From: Diplonema japonicum
Lineage: Eukaryota; Protista; Euglenozoa: Diplonemea
Length of the DNA stretch: 64,000 nt
Assembly: GCA_964019335.1 (NCBI GenBank)
Contig: OZ025704.1
Span: forward strand, 434,001 to 498,000
Direction of reading: 5' to 3'
The notes beneath the pieces were generated by a model that was not told the DNA's origin, did no database searches, and was given only the letters and a program-made list of their open reading frames with translations. Both the position numbers and the translations under genes were made by a program. Of this stretch, positions 1 to 11,201 are shown one piece after another (positions within the stretch are counted from its first letter, which is position 1; each line of letters begins with the position of its first letter).

Positions 1-1263
1 GGCGTTTTTTTTTTAACCCCTGATGTGTTGAAGGGGGGGAGCGCAGAACACCCGTAGGCGGTAGGCGTGCTTTCTGCAGCATGCTGGCTTTCGTGGTACT
101 CCTGCACCCAGAAACTAAAAAAACCATGCCAAAAAGTCCAAGGAAAAAAAAAGCCCCCCCCCCCCCCGCATTTTTATTTTTGCAAAGGTTTTAAAAAAGA
201 AACGAAAAAGGAGACAGAAGAAAAAAAGATGATTTATTATCTTGTGGGCGGTGGTTGCATGTAAAAACGATAAAATTCGTACATTGTAAGTGTTGAGGCG
301 CTGGGATATGGCTTGTGACAAAACGGCTAGTGCTGCCACTACTTAAGCGCTTTCGCCCTATTACAAGTCTAAAGCTGAACTTGAACGCGAATTTTATCGG
401 TTTTTACAGAGCGGGAAATATGAAGAGCGGTTTTTCTTTTCTTTTTCTTTTTTTTTCTAGTGATTTCTGCAGCGTGGAAGGCCGGGCTGATATTTTTTTT
501 TTTTTTTAAATTTTTATTTTTCTTTCTTCCTCTTAACCCCCTTGCTTGCACCATCCCCACCTTTCTTACCCCGTTGCTGAAGAACAGAAAGAAGAGAGAA
601 AGACAGAAAAAAAAGAGGAAAAGAAGTAAATGAAAATAAGTTGTCAAAAAAAAAAACCATCTATAAACTGCTGGGGGGGGGGGGGGGGGGGGGTGTAGCA
701 ATTATTGCCACCAGTTTTTAATTCAAAGAGAGTTAAATTGTGGTCTTTTTCTTCTTCTTTTATTTTTCTTCCAAGAGCGCCATGAATACTGGCCTCTTTG
801 ATCTCTTATATATTTTTTTTCTTACTCCCCTCCCCCCTTTTTTTTTCTAGTCACTCCTTTCTTCTTCATTGCTGCATACCATTTGGCTACCAATATTACC
901 ATTTTGTGGGTTGTGTAAAAAAAGAAAAAAAAACCTATTTATCTTAAAAAACCAGATGCTCTCATTTCGCCCGAGGGTCGTAGCTTAACGAGTGAAATAA
1001 CTTAAACAAGATGAGCCATTGGCCCACAAGTGAAATCTGGCACTGTTTTTTATTTGTGGATAAACTATATTTTTTATTAGGTAAGGATATCGTTCAAAAA
1101 GAAAAAAGGTAAAAGAAGAAATGCATCGGTGAAGATAAAGTACTTTTATTTTTTCACTGGTGGATGCGAACAAGGATCTTCCTTTCATCTCATTTTTTTT
1201 TTTAAATTTAATTCTGAGCAGCTCTCTTAAATAATTTAGGCTAGAAGATATAAATCAGGTTTC

Positions 1264-1301
1264 ACTTTATTTCACGCCCAGACCTGGGCGTGAAATAAAG
1301 T
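1264..1301. repeat. Perfect 18-bp palindrome with 2-nt spacer
   Basis: actttatttcacgcccag (1264-1281), then ac, then ctgggcgtgaaataaagt (1284-1301). A degenerate related copy follows at about 1346-1384. Confidence 0.95.
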
Positions 1302-1399
1302 ATTTGATTTTTTTTTTTTCCCTCATGTTTTTAAGCCGAACGTTGCTGGGCGTGAAAATCAGGTACTTTATTTCGCACCCACAGTCATTTTCTAGCAAA

Positions 1400-1665
1400 A
1401 TGGGAAGGCGACCGGGAAGCGAGCCAAGGGCATCAGCCTCGAGAAAGAGGCAAAAACTGTGATGGAAGACACACTTCCAACGGCAAGCAAAATGGCCTAC
1501 AGGAAGGAGTGGGAGAGGTTTTGCACCTACCACTCGATCAAACCCAATAGAAAAGCACGGTCAACTGTTGAACAAACACAGCAGTCCCCTGCAACGCCCC
1601 CTTCAGCCCTGCCCCTTCGACACAGCCCACTTCTTCAACAGTGCACAGAATCACGTTTGACATGA
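1400..1665 (+). pseudogene. Remnant of a tyrosine-recombinase-like N-terminal (core-binding) region
   Basis: The ATG at 1400 follows cccacag/ttctag acceptors. With one extra G in the atggg run it reads MGKATGKRAKGISLEKEAKTVMEDTLPTASKMAYRKEWERFCTYHSIKP, matching the A-x-LP-x-S-x3-Y-x3-W-x2-F pattern of YR N-termini. No catalytic R-H-R-Y domain follows. Confidence 0.4.
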
Positions 1666-1784
1666 ACGTCAACATCGATTCGCACCAATTCATACCAAAC
1701 CCAGTACCGTGTTTAGTAAAGAGTCGCATTGTGCGAGAGCAGCTCATCATTAAATAAAATGTAGTATTGAATAAAATCAGAGCA

Positions 1785-1879
1785 TGATTTCACTTGTGGG
1801 TCCCCTTTTTTGACTCGTTTTTTTTACTTCACGAAGAATAAAATCACTTGTCAAAAAGAGGACCCCACGCGTGAAATCA
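1785..1879. repeat. About 30-bp imperfect inverted repeat (hairpin)
   Basis: tgatttcacttgtgggtccccttttttgac (1785-1814) pairs with gtcaaaaagaggaccccacgcgtgaaatca (1850-1879). Confidence 0.85.
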
Positions 1880-2727
1880 GGCCATCTGGTTTTCATTTAA
1901 TAAATAGCCTATTTTTACTTTACCTGCACCTAAATAAAAAAGAATAGAGAGAAAAAAAGAAAACAAAAAAAAAAAGAGGTTTCGTGTGTGGCATTTTTTT
2001 TTTTTAAGGTCAATTTCACTCTAAAGCACCATATCCCCGTATTTACATCAGGAGGGCCAAAAAAATGAGTGAAGATTTTAAAAAAAAAAAAAAGAAGAAA
2101 AGAATGAAAGGGGTGAAGTTTTTTTTTTTTTTTTTAAGTACCGGGTTTGGGATAAGTATGTACTGTAAGAAATTGTCCCAAATTATAATTATAATTATGG
2201 CATGCAGCTTTCGTCTCGGGGCTTGCATGTTAATTTGAGTAATTATTGCGGTTTTTCGCGGTGGCACAGCAGAAATGTAACATAAACACCACATTTCTTT
2301 GAAGCGATCCTGTCGCGTTCTGCAGGTTCCGTTCAAAGAGATCTTTCTTTCAGAGTGTTTTCCCTCAGGCCAAAAAAAAAAAAAAAAAAAAAAATGAAAT
2401 AAAGATTGGTACAAATCCCAAATCCGGTAAAAAAAAAAAGAAAATGTTTTTTTCTTTCTTTTATAATTATTTTTCTACAATCTTTTACGGCCTTTCTTTG
2501 TGGTTCATTATTCTCTTCCCCCCCTTTTTTTTTGGCATGTAAACAACGGCCGGTTCCTCTTCTTTTTTTTTTTCTCCCAATTTTTGATCCCCCCTCGTTA
2601 TATTTATTTTATAAATAATTTTCTTTTTTTTTTTTCGTTTTTTCATGCGCACTTGCAACTATCCATTTTGCCCAGCTCACCATCTGCCAGCCATTACCAC
2701 TGTTTGGACGCAAACAAACAAAAAACG

Positions 2728-2772
<45 letters not shown>

Positions 2773-3758
2773 AAGAAACAAAAAAAAGAAGAAGCACTAA
2801 CAAAGAACGAGTACTACTTGCAGCAGTGTGGACCAGTTTCCAACTGACTGCTGTGGGAAAAGAAAATAAGGAACGGAAAAAGAAAGAAGAAAAAAAAAAC
2901 TACAGGGAGTGAAAGAGACAGGAACAAGAAGAAGCAAAAAAGAAAAAAAAAAGAAAATAGCAAGCAAACAAAAAGAAAAGGTAAAAAAAAAAGGGGGAGT
3001 ATTATTATTATTTTTTTTAACCCCTTTAGAAACAGCTGTTAAAAATTGAGAATTCTTCAAAAAAGAAAATAAGGATCCATAGCACCCCTACCATGTATCC
3101 TAACATTAAAAAGTCTTCACAGGCCCTGAGCTGGAGAGAGAACCCACAGGGGGGCATACAAAAAGAAAACACCGAATCAAGATCACTAAAAACCAAAAAA
3201 AAAAGCGATCAGGGCCCCTGGGCCTATGATGAGTAGAACGGCTTTCCGGGTTTTTTTTTTTTTTTTTTTTTTTTTTTCCCCTCGTGCAAACCCGCCTGGG
3301 ACAACGGAATGGTGCTATTTGGAAATGATCTACTTGATCGATTTTTTTTTTTTTCCCGTACTGTAAAAACAAAAGAGAATTTGACAACCGGGTGCCATAT
3401 CACATCAGGTCGGCCTGTAAGAGGCGGGGTAGTTGTTAGCTTTACAGTATTTATTTATGCTCGTTTCTAGGGGGTTAGGAGAGAGGAGAGTGGGGGGGGG
3501 AAGAAGTTCTTTCCCTCTTGCTTCCTTCTCGTCTCTTCCCGTAGCCATGGATGCTCTTTTGTTCGTTGGGGAAGGACAAAGGCTCCGTGTCTGTGACACC
3601 TCCAGTAGAGTGAGAACTGCGCTTGTCTTAAACTTAAAAGCTGCCCCTTCCCCCCCCTTTTTTTTTTGAATGCCTGTAAAAAGCCTCTAGGTATTTGGGT
3701 ATTTTTATGGGCTACACAAAAAAAAGACGGGAAAAAATTGTTCCCCCCCCCCTTTTTT

Positions 3759-4136
3759 TTAACCTGATGCGCACGGAGGTGCAATAAATTGTCGTTCTAA
3801 AAAGTTTTCGTGTTTTTTTTTTTAAGTACTTTTTGAATCCGGTACCCTAGAAAACCTGTTTCGAGGCTGAAAAAAAAGGTGAAAGGCCGGAGTCCTGTTG
3901 CGAAGATATCTAACGAGCCCATGGGGTGCATGTCATGGAGACAACAAAAAGGACCGGGCTTTTTGGAGGAATACCAACTACTTCTACCACATATCCAGCG
4001 TTCTCGTACCCCAGAGAAGCAATGACTCTGTAAATACCGCCATCTCTTTTCCACACCTTTTATGAACTCTCCTTGCCTGTACGTCTTGGAAATTGGACCC
4101 CCCTCCCCCCACGGAGAAAGGTCGCCGTGTTTATCA

Positions 4137-4142
<6 letters not shown>
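3759..4142. mobile_element. Possible TTAA-flanked MITE-like relic (piggyBac-type termini)
   Basis: TTAA|CCTGATGCGCACGG at the left and CCGTGTTTATCAGG|TTAA at the right form an imperfect inverted repeat. A related TTAA|CCTGATGCACCCG terminus occurs at 39437-39453. Confidence 0.35.
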
Positions 4143-4174
<32 letters not shown>

Positions 4175-5164
4175 AATGGTCAGAGAGAGGAAAAGCGTAT
4201 GTTCAGCTTTTTTTAACCTTTCTGCAGGAAAAACCCGTTTTCTTGCACACAAAAAAAAACAAATAAAACTGTCAATTTTTTTTTTTCTCGCGCAAGCCAA
4301 CACAACAACAACATGACGACTCGGGAGGGGGAAGTGGGGAGAAAAAAGATTACTGTAAAGTCTCTTTAAATTTGTCCTTGAAAAATAGTGCTTTCGTGGA
4401 AAAAACTGTTTTTTTTGGGGGGGGGGATTCCTCATCTTTTTTTCGGAAAAAGAATTGAGAGATGTGCAGTAATCCTGTATAACAACCAATAAAAGAATGA
4501 AAACGAAAAAAGAAAGGCAATATGAGAAGCACCCTGCTGGAGGGAAGTATGGCATTTTCTCCCTCTTCCTCTCTTCACTGTGTGGGGGGGGGGGGGGGGG
4601 GGGGGGGCACAATTCCCTTTTATTAAAAGGTTTTTGCGGGCCACAAGAAATGTAGCGTTTGAACTTTTTTTTTTTTTTACTTCCAGAAGGAAAAGAAAAA
4701 AAGAAAAAGTTGAGAGTAATTTCCTCCTTTTTTTTTTGTTTTTTTCTGTTCCCCCCCCCCCCCCCCCCCCTTCTGGGAGTGGCAGTAAGTCGGAGGATTA
4801 AGATGGAAGAAAAAAAAAGAAGAAAGGCGTATAGTTAAAATCTCTACGATACTCGGATATTCCCTTCTCCTGCCTCCCCCCCTTTCCCCTTCCACTTCTC
4901 TCTCATTTTTTTGTTAAATCGGAATAAAGAGAAGTTTATGGATTGTAGTATTTGGTCTTTGTCCTCCCTTGTAACGATGCATACACACAAGCAACAACAA
5001 CAAAAAAAAGGTTTTTTTACCCCCTTTTTTTCTTTTTTTTTTTTTCCTTTATCGCGAGGCAGGGAACTTGGGGGAGCGTGTGTGTGGGTATCATTTTAAA
5101 AAAAAGAAAAATAATAATAATAAATTTTAAAAAAAAAAATAATAATAATATCAAGCAAGCAAAC

Positions 5165-5195
<31 letters not shown>

Positions 5196-5272
5196 GAAAC
5201 GAAAGAAAATACCATACAGGATGGCAATGGCTCGAAATTGAGAAAAAGAATAATTTGAAAAAAAAAAAAATG

Positions 5273-5304
<32 letters not shown>

Positions 5305-5613
5305 GAAAAAACGAAAAAGAAATGTGCAAAACAGCTTTTTTCACGAAGCAGAAATCTATCATCACTTCAGGAAGGTAAGAGCTTCTGCAAAATATTGCAC
5401 AGTGGTGGAAGACTTTGTTGTTATTTTTTTTTTTCTTTTAACGGAAGCATAACGAGCGCTCAAATGCTGCTTAGGAAAATATTTTTAGTAAAACACAATC
5501 AAAAAAAAAAAAGAAATAATTTTACTGCCAACAAGTAATGACTTTACCGTTACCTCGAGGTCCCGTGTTTGCGGAGCCGAGACGGTACAGCAGACTTGGC
5601 GGTAGGTAAGTGG

Positions 5614-5704
5614 TTTTATTTCACAACATTCTCAAATTACTTCACCGCGAGGGGCACGGGGCACAAAGGGGTGCGTGAAGTAATTTCAGAAGAGTGACAT
5701 AAAA
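5614..5704. repeat. Nested inverted repeat / hairpin
   Basis: ttctcaaattacttcac (5629-5645) pairs with gtgaagtaatttcagaa (5675-5691) at 16/17. Outer arms ttttatttcac (5614-5624) and gtgacataaaa (5694-5704) pair at 10/11. Confidence 0.8.
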
Positions 5705-8363
5705 AAAAATAAAGGGGCTGGGGGGATTGACCTTCGGACATTTCTCTTCTATTCTTTTTTTTTTTTCTTTTTTTTTTCCCTCACAGATTTATTCGAGGTT
5801 TCTGTAATTTTTACCCCCCACCCCACCCCACCCCGGTATCAAAAGATATTATTTACCCAAAATTTCTAGTTAAAATAATGAATCATTTATTGGTTTGCCA
5901 AAAAAAAAAAAAAAAAAAAAAAAATTGAACCTTAAGGGGCTGGCTATTGAAACAGAAGGTTCTGGTGTGCCGCGCCACGTACCTTGCTGCTACATGGAGA
6001 GTCCCTTATTTTTATTTTATTTTTTTTTTTCCCCCAGAAGGGGGAGGAAAAAAAAAAAAGGGCCTGAGCATCCATATCATTTTCTTCAAAAATAAAAAAG
6101 ATTTCCTTAAGATGTGTGGTGGCTCGGGACCACATAAACAAAATACGGTAGAATACAATGCCTTTTTTTTTTTTTTTTGCTCTTTGTTTTATTTAAGACC
6201 CCCCTCCCCCCCCACCTGTGAGTGTAAAGTATCAACAAAAGCTGTTTTTTTTTATATCTGGCATGGATGATGCATAAGATGTATTGGCGATAATCCCCTC
6301 CTCTTTCCTCCGTTTTTTATTCTCCCTCTTCTTAATATACGGTGGGTGGGGTCTTTAGAAGCCCTCCATACGTTGACTTTCCCCCCCCCCTTTTTTTTGG
6401 TCAGTTATTTATATTTATCCATTCTTAGCCGTACAAAGATCCAGATGCGGTTTTATACGGCCTGCGGCTCGCGCGCGGAGTTTGCATGTGACATCATCTT
6501 TATAATTCACATAGGCTCTGCAGTGTATCCTTTAAATATTCGCTGCTACAACAAAAAAAAAAAGGGACAAATATAGAATAATTGACCATACCTTCTTACC
6601 CCCAACACCCCAGTATTTTCTTCCTGCCTTCCTTTTCCTATCCCATGTTATGCGCTGCACGGGCAACATGGGGTGGTGACGGTAGGAAGAAAAAAAAAAG
6701 GGGGGGGACAAAAAAATGAAGAAGAAGAAGAAGAAGAAGGTAAGAAAAAGTTGAAAAAAAGAGAAATTTTAAAAAAGGGGGGGGGGGGAATAGTCAGCAA
6801 GAGGCCACTCTTTTACTGTGCGTGATATGGATGAAAAAAAAAGAAGAAAAATATCTTTTCTTCAACAAAGGGTCAAGGGACTCAGCTCGTATGAAAAGGA
6901 AATGAGAATTTCACGAAATATGGAAGGTAGGGATTCAATGTCATTTTTTGTTCTGACCCTGAAATCATATTGTCGTGTACCGATTCCTCCCCCCCCCTTA
7001 AAAGAGAAATGAGATACTTTGGGCAAATAAAAAGAGAAAAAAAAAAGAGCAGGAAAGGAGGGGGGGAAAAAAGATTAGCTTAAAATGGGTTTTCTTTAAC
7101 TGGAAAAACAAAAAAAAAAAAAAACAACGGGAAAGAAAAAATAAATAGAGTTGACATCTCTTCTTCTTTTTTTTTTTTTTTTTGGTGGTGGGGATAACAT
7201 GAAAATATAAGAAAAACATCAGATGTGTTGTTCGCTGTTGACCTCCTCGTCGGTCATCACCGGTAGCGCCCGAGTGGAAGAACGTAACGCAGATGCTCAG
7301 GGTGACGAACAGGCAGCAAACTGCACGAGCGCAGAATCTTGGTTACCCGGGACGCCCCGGCTAGGGTTGAGCACACCGCACGCATTAAGGACACGACGCG
7401 GAACGCAGAAGAAGCTACTGCTCGGCCGAGGAGCGCCCCCTGTAATCAAGTAGGTAGTTCGTGCTTCATTGCACGCTTAACGCCACCTAGTGTTGCAATC
7501 AAAGCCCCATTTTTTTTTTTTAAATTGTGCAGTACCAGACGGTAAACAAGGTAAATAATCTTTTTTTTTTCTCTTTCGTTCCTTTCATTCAATGGGCGAA
7601 TCTCTGTCATCTTTCTGCCTCTTTTGAAGTGAAAAGAAAAAGTAAAAGGCTTCGCGTGATATTTGTCCAAGCCCCCCCCCCATCCTCCCGAAAGAAAAGG
7701 GACTCTGAGCCATGATCAAACAACAGATCGGTTCAGAAGAAGTTTGTTCTGGTCCCTTTACATCTCTCCTACATTCTTAAAGAAGGAAAGAAAAAGAAAA
7801 GAAAAAAGAAAGAAAAAAGAAAAGAACCCCCCCCACCCCACCCCACCCCACCCCCTTTACATTTCCCCCCCTAAGCACGGTAGCAGAAGAAGAAGCTCAA
7901 AAGTGATAAAACTAAACTTTCTGGGTCTAGTTGCATCAATAGCAGTTGGGGGGGGGAAGGGGAAAAAAAAAGGGAGGGGAGAAAGAAAAAAAATTCACGA
8001 TTCTTGGAAAAAAAAGGAAAAAAGAAAAAAAAATGTGAATATGTGCCAAACCTGGAACATTTGCCTCCTCTGGTTTAGTTGGACTAGGTTATTGCCAATC
8101 GAGATGGGGGGGGGGGGGGGGGGGGGAGGGGGGCAAGACTCTTGTATTTCGTAATTTTCATGCATTTTCAGCAAAGTCGTGTAACGAGCGTAATTGTGTC
8201 AAGTGCTTGATCCTGTGCCGCCGTGGCCTCTAACTTCTTAAGGAAAAAAGAAGGAACAAAATGTATTTATTGCTGTTTTTTTTTTCTCTCTTTAAAACGG
8301 TCCCTTTTATAAAACAATAATAAGAAAAAGGTGATAATTGTTCTCGGTAATTCACCATCGAGG

Positions 8364-8396
<33 letters not shown>

Positions 8397-8938
8397 CCCC
8401 TTCTTTTTTTTTAAAGAACAAAAAAAGAAGGAGAAAAAAAAAAAGAAAAATAGAAAAATGAAGGGAAAAAAAAAAAAAGAGAGAGAAAGAAAAAAAAATG
8501 AATGCAACCCCAGTGAGAGTACTTTTTTTTTAGTAAGGCATGAAAATTCTTCAAACGCGGAAGAAAAAAAAAAGAAAAAGAACGGAAATATTCTTGCATT
8601 CGCTATGCTAAGGGAAAATCAAGGAAAACATTAAAGAGCAAAAAGTAGAGAAGAAGAAGAAGAGAAAGAAAAAAAAGAATGGGAGGAAAAAGTCCCATAG
8701 CTTTTTTTTATTTTTTTTAAAGAAGTTTTTTTAATCGTTTTGCGTTCTTTGGAGGGGGAGAGGGACACTCCCTTCCCCCATCTCATCACAACCCACCTCC
8801 ATCAGTGAATTTGTTTTGCGATTTCTTCAGTAGCCCCTGCGCTCCCACGCACTTCCCTGCTTCTTTTTTTCTTTCTTCCCTTATAATTTAGCTGTTCGCA
8901 CAGGTCATTCCGTGTGGGGTCAGCGGGAGTAAGAAAGG

Positions 8939-8969
<31 letters not shown>

Positions 8970-9625
8970 ATAAAGAAAAAAAAAGGGGGGGGGGGCATAG
9001 CTATCTCTCTCTCTCTCTCTCTCTAGGTCTTTTTTTTTTCTCTTTTTTTTTCTCGTGAATTCGTGATGTAATTCAAGTCAGTGGGGAAAAAAGAAAAAAA
9101 ACCACCTCCCCCACCCTCCTCCCCACCATTTCTTCTTCTTTTTTTGAAACCTTCCTTTCTCTTCTTTATTTTTTTTTTCTTTTCCCTTCTTCGTAACATG
9201 CTCAGGCTGAACTATTGCTTTGCAAGCATGGCTATGCACCCCCCCCCCCCCCCCTCCCTTCTTTATTTCTCTTTACATCGTCCCCCCACTCCTCTCTACC
9301 CCCCTCTCTACCCCCTTTTTTCTTTCGTCAAAAAATATATTTTGGACCCCCCCATGTGTTTCAACAAACAAAGAAAAAAACAATCCTGTGAAAAAGAAAA
9401 AATGTCGGGCTGCCAAGGAGTTCCAGAGGGGGAAACTGACTTAAGTTTCCGGGGAGGACTGGCAACGAAAAAAAAAAAAAAAGAAGAAAAAAGAAGAAAA
9501 ACTCGGACAAATTGTCAGCCCCGACACTTCTTTTTTTCTTTCTCGTTTTTACAGATATTTATAGAAAAAAAAAAAAAAAAAAAAAAAAAAAGAGTTTCAG
9601 GGGGGGAAAGGAGAAGAAAAAAAAA

Positions 9626-10065
9626 ATGCTGAGAAACGCCTTTGGAAGAAGATCTTTGACGGCAGTGAATGTGGCGGTGAAGCAGGCTCCTTCGGTGGCA
9701 GCCGGGAAGGTATATAAAAAGGAGAAAAAAAAAAAGAAATAACCCATAGGATGACTACCGTGTAGAAAGGGAGGCAGACACGTCAAAGGACCTCGGTGCG
9801 CGTAACGAGGCCGCTTATTTCAACTACAACCCTTTCACCCCCACCTCCCTAAGGGAGAAGTATGCCATGCCGTCCCTCAACAACTTGATGACTTCTGTTG
9901 CCATTGAGGATGCATTCATTTTCGGCTTTTCAGCAACGGTTGGAGTCTTAGCGTGGGTATGAGAAAAAAGAACAAAGAAAAGCACACCCACATACATAGG
10001 CCTACTACTGCAACCAGAAATACGAAACTGTGAGCCTTCCCTACCCCACCAGAAAAGAGGAATAG
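9626..10065 (+). CDS. Small (118 aa) probable mitochondrial single-pass membrane protein; exons 9626-9709, 9750-9956, 10000-10065
   Basis: Two phase-0 GT-AG introns (9710-9749, 9957-9999) give an open frame MLRNAFGRRSLTAV...AGK|DDYRVERE...FIFGFSATVGVLAW|AYYCNQKYETVSLPYPTRKEE*. The N-terminus resembles an Arg-rich presequence and there is one hydrophobic helix. Confidence 0.85.
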
Positions 10066-10494
10066 GAAAGGGAGGAGAAAAGAAAAAAAAAAAAATTAAA
10101 AATGACAGTGTGTTTTTCTTTTATTATAAAGTGTTCTTTTTTTTTTTTTTTTTTTCCTGTTTCTTATCAGCTTCACCAAGGGTATAATAAGAAAGATCTT
10201 TCTTTTCTTCTTTTTTTTTTTTCTTGTGTGTCTTACCTTCGGATTTCCTCAAGGGACTTTTTTTTTTTTTTTTCCCCACAGGGTTCCTGTGTCCTAGGTA
10301 AATTAGAAATCCGAAGCGTTAATTCTCTTTTATTCATCGATGTGTCCCCAACCACACCCCCTTTTGACTTTTTTTTTTTCCTTTTCTTTTTACCGTACCT
10401 TATTCCCTATGGGCTTTTTTTTTTTTTTTATTCCCTATTATCATGTTTCGCTCTTTGTCCTAACACCATAAGGTCGGTGAAGAAGACGAAATAA

Positions 10495-11131
10495 ATGAAG
10501 CTCACCCAGCGCGTGAGGCAGCTGTTCTCGGCAAGAGACGTAAGCAAGCGGGACTTGGGACCACAGGCGGGTCACTATGAGCAGTACCAGCAGCATCAGA
10601 TGCCAAAAATGAACAAGATAGGAGTGATGAATAACCAGCAGATTCAACGGAGAGAATGGGACAAAGCCTACAAGGACTGGTACTTGCAATACCACAGCCA
10701 GCTTCAGCATAATGCAGGGAATATACATAGCCAAGAAGAGTGGGACAGACAGTACGCACAGTGGTGGCAAAGCTACCATTCTCAGTACCCTCAACAATAT
10801 TACCAGGCAGGGCAACCACCACCTAACTATTACTCACAGCAAGTCCCGTCGCAGGAGCTGGAGTCAACGGGGTATGGGGAAAAGAAGAGAACACATGACA
10901 AAAAAAAAAAAAAAAAAAAAAAAAAGAAAAAAAAGAAATTAACACAGAAAGCACACACACCGATTCACGGATACTGTCTTCATCTACCTCATAGTGATGA
11001 TCGTGTTTTGGATCGTCAGTGTATGCGATTTCTTTTTTCTTCATTCGAGGAAATACTATTTTCTTCATTCGAGGAAATACTATTTTCTTTTTGTAACACA
11101 GGAGTTGTTCGACTTATGGCTGCCTGAATAG
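10495..11131 (+). CDS. Q/Y/W-rich hypothetical protein with a C-terminal TM helix (159 aa); exons 10495-10871, 10948-11020, 11102-11131
   Basis: Introns 10872-10947 (gtatgg...aacacag) and 11021-11101 (gtatgc...aacacag) remove the poly-K artefact and give ...TG|KHTHRFTDTVFIYLIVMIVFWIVS|ELFDLWLPE*. The N-terminus MKLTQRVRQLFSAR is presequence-like. Confidence 0.75.
11035..11089. repeat. 24-nt tandem duplication inside an intron
   Basis: ttttcttcattcgaggaaatacta occurs twice (11035-11058, 11059-11082), followed by a partial third copy. Confidence 0.95.
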
Positions 11132-11201
11132 GCTAGGATAGTGGAAGCTAGAGTAACAAGAGTTGGTGCTGTGCTTGCCCCCAGCTTAGCTCAAACAGGT
11201 G

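Larger units (their letters stand above)
935..1907 (+). mobile_element. Putative non-autonomous, internally deleted tyrosine-recombinase (Crypton-like) element with degenerate terminal inverted repeats and internal palindromes
   Basis: Seen: the left end ctatttatcttaaaaaaccagatg (935-958) resembles the reverse complement of 1883-1907 (ctatttattaaatgaaaaccagatg). There are internal hairpins at 1264-1301 and 1785-1879, and a coding remnant at 1400-1665. The Crypton assignment is inference from the remnant peptide. Confidence 0.45.

Noticed and set aside
3224-3250. ATGATGA box-C-like motif (snoRNA?)
   Set aside because: No suitably placed box D (CTGA) or terminal stem.
7223-7500. GC-rich island with 68-76 aa ORFs
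   Set aside because: No recognisable motif or convincing splice model. It could be an element relic but I cannot support a call.
67-9600. Dozens of 60-180 aa ORFs rich in poly-K/F/P/G
   Set aside because: They are translations of homopolymer runs with no protein-like composition.
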